From Lepidodermella squamata (Eukaryota > Animalia > Gastrotricha), in NCBI GenBank assembly GCA_047495785.1, contig JBLDXI010000033.1:2480001-2544000 (forward strand): 64,000 nt of DNA, written 5' to 3'. How positions within the stretch are numbered: position 1 is the first letter of the stretch; the number at the start of each line of letters is the position of its first letter. Below the pieces are notes generated by a model. It ran no database searches, was not told the DNA's origin, and saw only the letters and a program-made list of their open reading frames with translations. Below are positions 1 to 10,800 of this stretch, piece by piece. A program made the translations under genes and the position numbers.

Positions 1-1
1 A

Positions 2-241
2 TCCAGCCAGCAGCAGCAGCAGCAGCCGCAGCAGGATAAGAAAAAGGAACCCGCTGTCGGTAATCTTATCGATTTTTGGGGCGAAGAGCAATCGGGCGGA
101 TTTGAGGCTGACGCACCTAAACCTTCGTCATCAAATGGCAATAACAGCAAGAAGCAGCAACCTGAGCAAAAGGCGAAGGGTGGCAACGACGAATGGGGCG
201 ATGAGTGGGGCGAGTGGTGGACCTCGGACTCGAAGAAGTAA
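2..241 (+). CDS. 3'-terminal fragment of a gene entering from the left; acidic Trp-motif C-terminus, ArfGAP1-like (tentative)
   Basis: Frame +2 is open from base 2 to TAA 239-241: SSQQQQQQPQQDKKKEPAVGNLIDFWGEEQ...GGNDEWGDEWGEWWTSDSKK*. LIDF and acidic WxxxW/WxxW motifs are coat/adaptor-binding motifs typical of ArfGAP1-type C-termini. ATTAAA at 321-326 is a candidate polyA signal. Missed by the ORF track because there is no start codon in the window. Confidence 0.45.
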   Translation, partial: SSQQQQQQPQQDKKKEPAVGNLIDFWGEEQSGGFEADAPKPSSSNGNNSKKQQPEQKAKGGNDEWGDEWGEWWTSDSKK

Positions 242-1839
242 AATTGTTATCAACAATGAGTTGGAAATTTTCGGCTATTCGGAAAAATGTATCTATAAAT
301 ATTACAATAGCGATTTACAAATTAAACCGTGATATTTATTATAGCATATATCATATGTAAAAAAAACAATTACTACCATAAAAAAACAATTCGGTGGCTT
401 GGGTAAATTTAATACCAATTAATTGAAACCGTAATTGTACAGACCCTCCTTTAATCGCATTCGCTATTCTAACGGGATATGTATTGTTTGTACGAGAAGT
501 CGACGTGAGCCCAAATTTTTCTCGTGTGCTCCCTCGCTCTCTTCGATGTCATTGTCTCGGGGCTTCTTGATCTGATATAATGGATGTTACTGCATCGTTA
601 TATTATTAATAAATTAATAACCAACCTAGTATTTATTTATTGGAGAAGAGAGAAATCAATTCTTATTCTACAACTATTTTATTACTACTTGATGTTGTGC
701 TAACACGAGTTGTCATCACATTCTTCGTGTTCATCTAAATCAGAAGTGCAAGCGTTGTATAAAATCTATTGCCGACGATATTACAATACTATTTTGCTTG
801 AAATAACTGAAACAGCAAAATCAAGTTGCTTCAGGTCTCGATTCCAGCACCTCTTGTTTTGTCTTGTCACTAACCGAAGTGTGGACCGCATGCAATCACT
901 AATTGACTACTAAGGGAATTTTTGGAGAACCAAAAGTAATAAACAATGCGTCAAAAAATCGACGCCGTTTTGCTCATGATTAGTTTTTTGTGTGCTCTCT
1001 GCATAACATGATTCCGACTACAAATTGTTAATGTGATGACCGACTAAAATCCTTCTACTGAGTCCTTCGTCTCGCGAATTTTGGAAAAAAAAACATAAAA
1101 CCGAGAATAATTTAAACAAACTAAAAGGCTATAGTTATGTTGATATTGTGTTCAGTCAATTTAATTGTTCTGCCATTAAGCTCGCGTCTTAAGTGGATGT
1201 CAGGCCTTCAGCATTTGAATGTGAAAGAATGTTCTGAATAAAATAAAAATCGTGAAACCGAAAAAAGCATTTGTTTTTCTCAGAGTTATTCTCGAAGATC
1301 GAGGACTACAGGGCCACAGGTCAAATAGTTCAGATTCTCCATCGATTGCGGGTCGTTGAACATGGTGAAAAGATATAAATATAATGCAATGCTGCTCCGG
1401 CCCCGCTGAAACGCTCGTAAACTTGTTCCACGACGCAGACGAAAGCTAACTCGAAAGCTAACCGTAAGACATACCGTGGCAAGTGTCAACTGATAAAAAT
1501 AATTTACTGTTTTACTCAACATCGAGAAATCTTTTGTACATAACAATCGAGAACTAACGAGAATCTTGAAACGATACATGATTTCTATCGCATCGACTTC
1601 GCCTATGCGCAAAAATAATGTACATAAACGGACCATGGGCATTCGTAGATTCGTCCAAATGATACCGACACCTCGTGTTGCTGGCTGGGCAACAGGCTCT
1701 CGAATCTGGCTTACATCGGGTCGCGTACCAAGTTCTCGATGCGGTTCGGATTCCAACGATATGAAAAATTACATCACTAAAATACCGTGAGCTTCGTTTC
1801 CTTCCCTTGAACATTACCTGTTATTTTATGTCCCGAAAT

Positions 1840-1925
1840 GGGTTGTATTGAACTTCACTGTACACATTAAGACTGGCCCTTTTTGGGGCTATCCAACGGT
1901 ACCCCATTCACGGGGTCTTGATCTT
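1840..1925 (-). repeat. Dispersed repeat fragment, inverted copy of the interior of the MITE at 24395-25001
   Basis: tgtacacattaagactgg...gggctatccaacggtaccccattcacggggtctt aligns to the reverse complement of ~24463-24548 (tgtacacatctaggcctgg...gggctatccagcggtatcccactcatggggtctt). Confidence 0.65.
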
Positions 1926-2455
1926 ACCAACTATAGTGTCGAATCTGCAGACCTTCCCGGCAGCAAACCTGAAATTTCCCGCTTTCCCTATTAGGAAGCT
2001 TTAAAATTTCCCAAAAATGACTGAAAACCCCAAATTTCCCAGCAGCAACGCTGCCCGGATCTGCAAAATCTACACACCTGATCTTATCATCTTAGATTTT
2101 TGGTATGCCACAGTTAACCCATTTTGGCACGTCAAGTCCCACGTCCCACTGCCCAAAGTCACCTCAGTTGACGGTACAGCTTGTTTGGTAATAAAGATGA
2201 TTAACAACCATCCTCTGGTGTAGCCCGATTTACAAGTGGCTGTAAGCACCTGCGTGGGCGGTGCCTAGGCCCTGTGCCTAGGGTGCTCTGATATGTTTCG
2301 AACATGAGTTAAACGTTGTTGCGGTGGTAATGCAATTTCTTTCTTGAACACTGAAGGGAAATCATATCCTTTTATCAAATCAAAGGAAGGGAATTAAATA
2401 TCCTTTTCGAGCCAAATGATGCTGTTTAGTTTAGCTTTATAGGTGCGGTTTGCTG

Positions 2456-2519
2456 CATAGACAACACTGAAACAGATAGGAAGCAAACGATCTTCTTATA
2501 GAGAATTTATTTGAGCTGT
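2456..2519 (+). repeat. 64-bp dispersed repeat, inverted copy of 25066-25129
   Basis: catagacaacactgaaacagataggaagcaaacgatcttcttatagagaatttatttgagctgt matches the reverse complement of 25066-25129 at 58/64 positions by manual alignment. Confidence 0.8.
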
Positions 2520-2754
2520 GTTATCGTGCTGCGTTGATATGATGTGCATTTTGAACGCGATAAAATTGTATTTCAGCCGAATTGGAATGATTCATTTGAG
2601 CGTAGTTTCAGCTATTAACGCAAGCAGTATACATGCTTTTCAAATATTTTCAATTTGACAGTCCATTAATTTTGGCCAGAAACCTGTGTTCACCTTATTT
2701 TATTTTCATAATTCTAGATTTGAAGGACAAGTGCGAAGACGGCTAGTAGGTTTG

Positions 2755-4454
2755 TATATGTTGTACGCCTATAGAGGATCTAAGCTTATACGGTATAGGC
2801 TTAAGCCTATACGGGATAAGCAATATTTCAAACTGTCATAAAGGCCAAACCGTGAGGGTCACCATCGATCATCATATATCAATCGATTGCTATAATTAAG
2901 GGCTATCGATTGGTGCCAAATTGAATTCCACGCGGCACACTCAGGGTCAAGTTTTGGCCAAAAAAACGCAAATTTTCCGCATTTTTTTAACTTTAAAGGC
3001 AAAAATCATATTACCAAAAGTTCCGCGCGGAATTCGATTTGGCACCAATCGATAGCCCTTAATTACAGCAATCGATTGATATATGATGATCGATGGTGAC
3101 CCTCACGGTTTGGCCATTGTTTCGGTTGAATACAATGCTCATACCCTAAAGGCTTAAATACCGTATAGGCGTACAACCAAATATGTTGTACGCCTTTAGA
3201 GGATCTAAGCTTATACGGCATAGGCTTAAGCCTATACGGGATAAGCGATATTTTAAAATGTCATAGCGGCCAAACTGTGAGGGTGACTATCGATCGTCAT
3301 ATGTCAATCGATTGCTGTAATTAAGGGCTATCGATTGGTGCCAAATTGAATTCCACGCGGCACACTCAGGGTCAAGTTTTGGCCAAAAAACGCAAATTTT
3401 CCGCATTTTTTTAACTTTAAAGGCAAAAATCATATTACCAAAAGTTCCGCGCGGAATTCGATTTGGCACCAATCGATAGCCCTTAATTACAGCAATCGAT
3501 TGATATATGATGATCGATGGTGACCCTCACGGTTTGGCCATTGTTTCGGTTGAATACAATGCTCATACCCTAAAGGCTTAAATACCGTATAGGCGTACAA
3601 CCAAATATGTTGTACGCCTTTAGAGGATCTAAGCTTATACGGCATAGGCTTAAGCCTATACGGGATAAGCGATATTTTAAAATGTCATAGCGGCCAAACT
3701 GTGAGGGTGACTATCGATCGTCATATGTCAATCGATTGCTGTAATTAAGGGCTATCGATTGGTGCCAAATTGAATTCCACGCGGCACACTCAGGGTCAAG
3801 TTTTGGCCAAAAAACGCAAATTTTCCGCATTTTTTTAACTTTAAAGGCAAAAATCATATTACCAAAAGTTCCGCGCGGAATTCGATTTGGCACCAATCGA
3901 TAGCCCTTAATTACAGCAATCGATTGATATATGATGATCGATGGTGACCCTCACGGTTTGGCCATTGTTTCGGTTGAATACAATGCTCATACCCTAAAGG
4001 CTTAAATACCGTATAGGCGTACAACCAAATATGTTGTACGCCTTTAGAGGATCTAAGCTTATACGGCATAGGCTTAAGCCTATACGGGATAAGCGATATT
4101 TTAAAATGTCATAGCGGCCAAACTGTGAGGGTGACTATCGATCGTCATATGTCAATCGATTGCTGTAATTAAGGGCTATCGATTGGTGCCAAATCAAAGT
4201 CCACGCGGCACATTCAGGGTCAAGTTTTGGCCAAAAAACACGAATGTTTTGCATTTTTTCAACTTTGAAGGCACAAATCATATTTCCAAAAGTTTCGCGC
4301 GGAATTCGATTTGGCATCAATCAATAGCCCTTGATTGCAGCAATCGATTGATATATGATGATCGATTGTGACCCTCACGGTTTGGCCATTATTTCGGTTA
4401 AATACAATGCTCATACCCTAAAGGCTTAAATCCCCTTTAGGCGTACAACATATA
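2755..4454. mobile_element. Tandem array of four ~424-bp palindromic MITE units
   Basis: Units start at ~2757, 3182, 3606 and 4030. The array is bounded by the 16-bp inverted repeat TATATGTTGTACGCCT (2755-2770) / AGGCGTACAACATATA (4439-4454) with TA ends. Each unit carries these termini plus a ~90-bp internal inverted repeat (e.g. 2843-2935 vs 3023-3115) around a ~90-bp spacer. No transposase ORF. Confidence 0.88.
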
Positions 4455-7400
4455 TACTTATCACTTGTATATCACTTGCTGTTGTATTCAGCAGATTTTG
4501 GGCAATTTCCTTCGCATCATCTCGAAATCAACTTGAGCTGATCGGTTTCGATTCGGATATGAAAGCCGGAAATATAATTGAAACATGTCGAAGCCACGTG
4601 TCACGCGTAATAATTTATTCTCTTTTATTGCAGCTCTGTAGTCAAGTCCTTTTAGCAGTTTGAAATTGTTGACATCAATAAACAATAAAACTTTTGTCGC
4701 TCAAATAAAACAGGCGAAACAATCTGGCACGAACAGTTGCGTGATACCGGCTGACTACCGTGGAAAAATAAATTCATTTTTTGTGTTGAAACAGTATTTA
4801 CTCTCGCAAAGGGATATTAATTATTCTGTGGCTGGCGAAGAAAACATGCAGAAACAATAGACTATAGCGCTATAATGACATTTCGATAGGCTGTTTTCGA
4901 AGATTGCCGCGACAATAATAGTAATAAGCGAGTAAATACATATAGGTATGATGATAGCCAACAGCAGATCAAGTAGCCGGCGTGATAAATATATTACTTG
5001 CTTACAATACTAGTCACTGCTGAGCCCTGAGTCAGTCCTGATTATTATTATGCGAATCGCACGCTTGTTTCTTGTTGCGCTTCGACGCCGGGCCGCACGT
5101 CTAATAAAACCGGGCGGCGACACACTCACTCGTCAACGCTCACTCGACAAACGACGCGTCGACGATGAAACCGCGCCTGTGCCTAACCTAAACACAGGCG
5201 CCGCGTTCTTATATATATTAAGCCATAATTAACGCAATATTGACTTGTTAACTATATCATTGAGCACCTTTACGAATAAGCAGCCATTGAGGCAAGTGCC
5301 TGTCACTGCAATATTTACACTTGATGTCAAGATCGCGGTGTGTTTTCACCGCGCTCACCCCGTGAATTAACAGCCGAAGGTTAACCACGCCCCATGGGAG
5401 TTAAAAAACCGTACAATACACTCTTCATTGTCATTTCCCATATAGCGTTCAATTTTTTCATATGGCCGAAAGTTGGTATGAGAAATATAGGTAAATTTTT
5501 TTTGTTAATGCTTTTAAAAGTTAACGCGATCTCATCAGGGCTTGCAACACCATGTTATCTCCTTTATCATGACACCATCACACAGGCGACTCATTTTGTT
5601 GTTTTGTGCCACCATACAAGGTGCTTAGGCGACACGAATGTGATGGCGCCGTATAGATTTACGAGTACTTACAACTCGCCAAATGCTCTTACAGTCGAAA
5701 ATCGTATACTGTCAATTTTACACGCGAATTTTTTGTAGCTTAGCGGCACGTTTCACTTAGTTGTATTTATTTGAAATTATTATTATTTTCTCCCACAGCC
5801 CTGTGCGGTTAGTCATCATCTCTGGCCTTGCCGTATAATTTACAACCTTTTATTAAATTTATACTACAAAAAATACCTCGTAATGCATCAAGCACGCGTT
5901 TGTTATAAGACCATCAGGTATACTACATGATATCGCTATATGATATTATTTTTTGTAATGTTTTCCTCACTTTTTACAACCGACCAGTGGTCACTAGGTA
6001 CCCTGTTTTTTGGTTTAGGTCAGTAAAATAACTCTTCGAATTCACAAAATAGCTTTTTCGCAATGAAGTGTTGCTATACTTTTCTGCAGCCCGTTTTAGC
6101 TAAGAAAAATTCTTCAAACAATAGCTGCCATTGTATTGTTTTACCGTGACGTTAACAAAAACGCTCTAAAACGTAGAAAACCGGTGTTTATTGCCTGTTT
6201 ATAAGTTGCTGGCTATTGTTGTTCCGTTTTATTTATTATTGTTGCAATGCCGGTTTTATACCAGCGCTATCACAAATGTGCAACACATTTTCAGCACGAA
6301 CCAGCATATACACGTACCTGTCAATGTTGTGCGACAAATAATAATGATAACAAAAAATCGCAAGCCGCGGTTAAATTTTCAGCTTCAGTAAATCCGAAAA
6401 GGTGTCACTTATTTAGCTGACCTATTGTTTATCTTTGTTTGCCTCCTTAATTTAATTATTAACAAACTTTGTTTATTTTTGTAGAAATTTTATTACAAGG
6501 CGGATTTTTGTGGCGACATTTATTTAGATATTTATTTTTGGTCGGAAATATTTTTCCTTAGTTTTGCCATCCATCAGGGCGCTACGGTCATTTATTTTTT
6601 CGGACAAAAACAGAACACTTTGAACAAGAGTCGCAACTTGTTAGCGAGAAAAAACGAACTGGCAATGGGACACTTGAGGTTGCTTTCTGCAAAATTCTCG
6701 CTATTATCATGTCACGGATTATACGTTGGCAAACACGCAGGGTGTCTAAATTGTTAAAAGGCCGGCACTCGGAGATTTTCGCACGCACAAAAAAGTCGAG
6801 GCGAGAAAAGCAGGTAGGTATAGCCGAACGTGCGCGCGCGAAAACACGGCGCGGAAAGGCGCGCGCAGAAGCGGGTCACAATGCGCGGCGACCTCAACTA
6901 GATGATGATGTGCAAATAGCCCGCGCGCTCGCGAAAGATACTAACGACTACTACTGCGTGCGTATTTATTTCTTTTTACAGGCCCTTAGTACGCGCCAAA
7001 AGGTGGACACGACGCTTTACGTTAGGGTAGCTGAAATCGACTCGGCGGTTAACAATGAGATAGAGTATAGGTACAATTGGCGGCGTGTAACTCACGTAGC
7101 AGCCTGCAAGTAATATAGTTACAATTACGTGTGTGTTTGACACATATATTGATATTTGTCAGGCGTCTCAAGACGCGCGCGCGGGTACAGCGTGCCAACA
7201 CACCACGGCCTGATGAACACTATTTATGTTATTAAGCAGCGCCGTTGTCATGATAACAGGCGGCGGATATCATATTATTATTATTAATACTCAACGGCGT
7301 CGCCTCAGAACTTGTAACACCTTGCGCTCGACCCCGGTCAGTTGCAGATAGCTGGTATAGATAGGCAGGTATAGATAGGTGCCAAGCGGTTACAGCCCTC

Positions 7401-7815
7401 GGTAAACACGCCGGGCGTGGATTCGGTCACAACAGTGTTGCGGCTAATAGCGCTGATTCCAGTTGTTAGGAATGCCTTTATTACCGCCTCATCATCGGCA
7501 CGTCGCTTTGCCGTTCGTTCTCAGCACGCCGCGCCGGTAGCCGGCTATGTTTGAACAATGTCCTCGCCCAGTAATGACTACGCCTCGCTTCTGCGTCTAT
7601 CTATCGTAGTCATCTCTCGCACTGTCGAATCATCGAGATGAGTCATCAATGCGCGCATTCCAAGCAAAAAATAGCGCACATGCCGATTAATTAGCTCATT
7701 ACATGATTAGCTATATTTGCGCATTACATTATAGGTTTTTATTACAATTCCTTAACACATTTCCGCTAGCGGAACGAATTTATTGAGACAGCGGTCATCC
7801 GAGAAGCTTCGCATA

Positions 7816-10800
7816 ATGTCGCTTCTCGGTTTCGTGGTGTTGCTCGCGTGCTCGCGAGCTTTGGCCGATCACCAAGGCGGATTCTGGCCATCTGCTCCTA
7901 ATCAACAACCGTACATGTCTTTCTCGCAAATTATGAACAATAACCGAGACCGGTATCCATCACCGCCGCGATACCCGCCTTCGCCTCACGATAACAACGA
8001 ATGGCAAGCGATACCATCACCTCGAGGCCCAAGTTCGTATTAAAAAATGATGCATTTTTTCCAGCAATTTTTAGAATTAATTTAAAAAATTTGAAATTTA
8101 ATTTAATTTTTTTTCCAGACGGATTTCCGCTTCACCTGCCGCGGCAAGTGCTCGACAACCAAGGTCCGGAGTTCTACCTCATGTTCATGGAAAATCGCGC
8201 CGATCGCCCCCAAAATTTCAGCCTCGAGGTGTATATAACAACCCGAGTTCAAACCGGCCGAGTTGACATTCGAATGTCAGCCGATAAATGGCTGTCGAAC
8301 ATTCACGGCCTGGATGGCGGGCCTGTTTCGCCCTTCAACATGGCCGAAGCTCTGGCGCCTATCTATCCAGATGTTACTTACGTCGACTTTCAAGAAGTTC
8401 GAAAATTTAACATCAGCCGAATGCTGCGTCACATTGGAACTGGGAAGGATTATAAGGGAATCTATGTCCAAGCTCGAAATGACATCATAGTGTATGGATT
8501 TAATAAGGACACTTATACGAACGACGGGTTCCTTGGTCTACCTCTCGACGTTTTGGGCACGACCTACTACGCCGTGGTTTATTGGCCGCCTGTCCCGTCT
8601 TCGCTTTTCACTGAAATCGGAGTTGTAGCTACTGCAGATAATACCGTGGTTAAATTTACCTTCCCACGCGAGCAAAGAGGTGGCCTGTCGTACGACCCAC
8701 TTCGCCGGGTTGACATCCGCTACAACGGAGCTGGATATTCAAACGGAGACACCCTAATTGTCACGCTGAATAGATTGGAAACCTTCCAAGTTCAGTCGAT
8801 TGGCGATTTGACCGGAACCTTGATTACATCGTCGAAACCTATCGCAGCTTTCAGTGGCAACGTCCGAACCTGGGTTGGAATGGAAATTTGGGCCGAGAAG
8901 GAGAAGTCGCGTGACCATTTGGTTGAACAGCTTTTCCCTGTTGAGAAATGGGGCAAAACCTTCGTAACGGTTCCTACGCCAGCTCGAACTGTCGGAGACT
9001 TTTATATGTTAGTTCGATTTATTTTCGATAATTTCAGGATTTATTGTTATATGATTTTAGAATCGTGGCTCAAGCGAATAATACTCAAGTTAGGATCAGT
9101 CCGCCTGTGCCTGGCTCAATGCAGGACGTCCTTTTCCTGGACACAGCCGGGGCGAATGAACGAATCTGGCTGCCATCGAACATTTCCTACTCAATTGTAG
9201 CTAATAACGCCATTCAGATTGCTCAGGTCGTTCTGAGCCAGGAACGCGAGGACAGCTTCGAAACTGCCGATCCTTCAATGACACTGCTCATCCCAACAAC
9301 GCAATTCGATAATTTTTACACAGTCGCTACCCCGCTGTACGCAGGGTTGACTGAAGACCGGCGGCCGGGTAAGGGCGAGTACCAGAACACCTTCATGGTT
9401 GTCATGGAGTCGCGTTGGGTGTCGCAGCTTATGCTCAATAACCAGCCAGTTCGCTTGATCCGCCCGCTTACGGTCATGCACCTCGGCATTGAATATACGA
9501 CGGGTTACATCGAAATGAACAAGGGAGGCCAGGCGCAGTACTATACGCTGATGGCTGAGGATCCTCGCATTGTTTTCGGAGCTTACCTTTACGGCTATGC
9601 TGATCGCGAGAGCTACGGCTTGCCATGTGGCGCTCGAATGGCTACGATTAATGTGAGTAGATCAACAATTTTAATTATGGTCCAATCTTATAACTCGTAA
9701 ACTGGTGCTAATGTCCCGTAACAGGAAGATCTATATAAGAGACCTAGAAGCTCGAAAAACCAGATTACGAGAAAATCTAGAGCTGGAGCCTAACGTTTAG
9801 AACCGGAACCCTAAACCGTGCACTTGGCACCCATTATTAATTATTATTCTTAATTAATTTAGTTCTTTATGACTGATTAATAATTGAATTTTCCCCACTT
9901 TTTAGCCCTGCAAACCGTCAACAGAACCTCGTCGAACTGAGTGCATTGATGGCAACTTCTTGTTCATTATCGGTGATGGTCAGGACAACGATTGCGATAG
10001 CCGAATCGATGAGGACGATTGTAGAGGATCTCCCAAAGGTATGCTATAATAAATTTTAGCCGACCTTTATGATAGCGATTATTTATTTAAGCTGGAGAGG
10101 ATTGCGCAACCATGTACATCGGACCGTGTCCAACCGCGAGTCCCCCGCCAACCCTGCCGACAACGCCGACCACGCCTCGGCCGACTATGCCACCACCTAC
10201 CCTACCTCCTTTCGTCTACCCACCACCAAGTGGAACTTCGAATTTCGGCGGAATTTTCTATTTAATGTTCATTGAAAACTGGGCACCACCCCAGCTCCAA
10301 CTGCTCATTACCCCGAAAGTTAACGACATTATTTGGTGCAACGTTCGCTACCACCCCCAGCGACCGGCCAGCGTTCAGACCTCGGATTCATTCCGAGTAA
10401 CCCGGCCCGAGTTCCAAGTCTACAGTGTCCCGTCAATGTAAGGTTTTCAGATCACGAGGGACATTTTTTTGAGTATTAATTTTTTTAGAATGCAACAAAG
10501 TGGATCTGGACTTGGTTACAACGGTGTTAAGCTGATCTGTCAAGCCGATGACAATACCAACGTAGTCTCGGTCATAGCTCGAAGCATGGCTTCGATGAAC
10601 CTTTCGTCCGATTACTTCCTTGTCTGGCCCCGGCAAGCTTACGATAAGGAATACATGATCAACTGCCCGTCAACCAAGTGCGAAATCGGCATTGTTGGAA
10701 CTATCGATGACACCACAGTCACCGTCACCCTGCCTCGGAACCTTCAAGGCACGCTAACCTTCAACGGCCAGCCTTATCTGGCGGGTTCGACGATTCAGGC

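Noticed and set aside
1286-1814. 156-aa and 74-86-aa ORFs
   Set aside because: Non-ATG or weak starts, no recognisable domains, and no consistent exon structure.
3287-4371. Repeated 61-62-aa ORFs (MVPNRIPRG...)
   Set aside because: They are by-products of the 424-bp palindromic MITE array, start at non-ATG or incidental codons, and show no protein motifs.
2755-4454. Possible CRISPR array or hammerhead-ribozyme retrozyme
   Set aside because: Units are full-length near-identical copies without unique spacers, there are no cas genes, and I saw no CUGANGA...GAAA hammerhead core on either strand.
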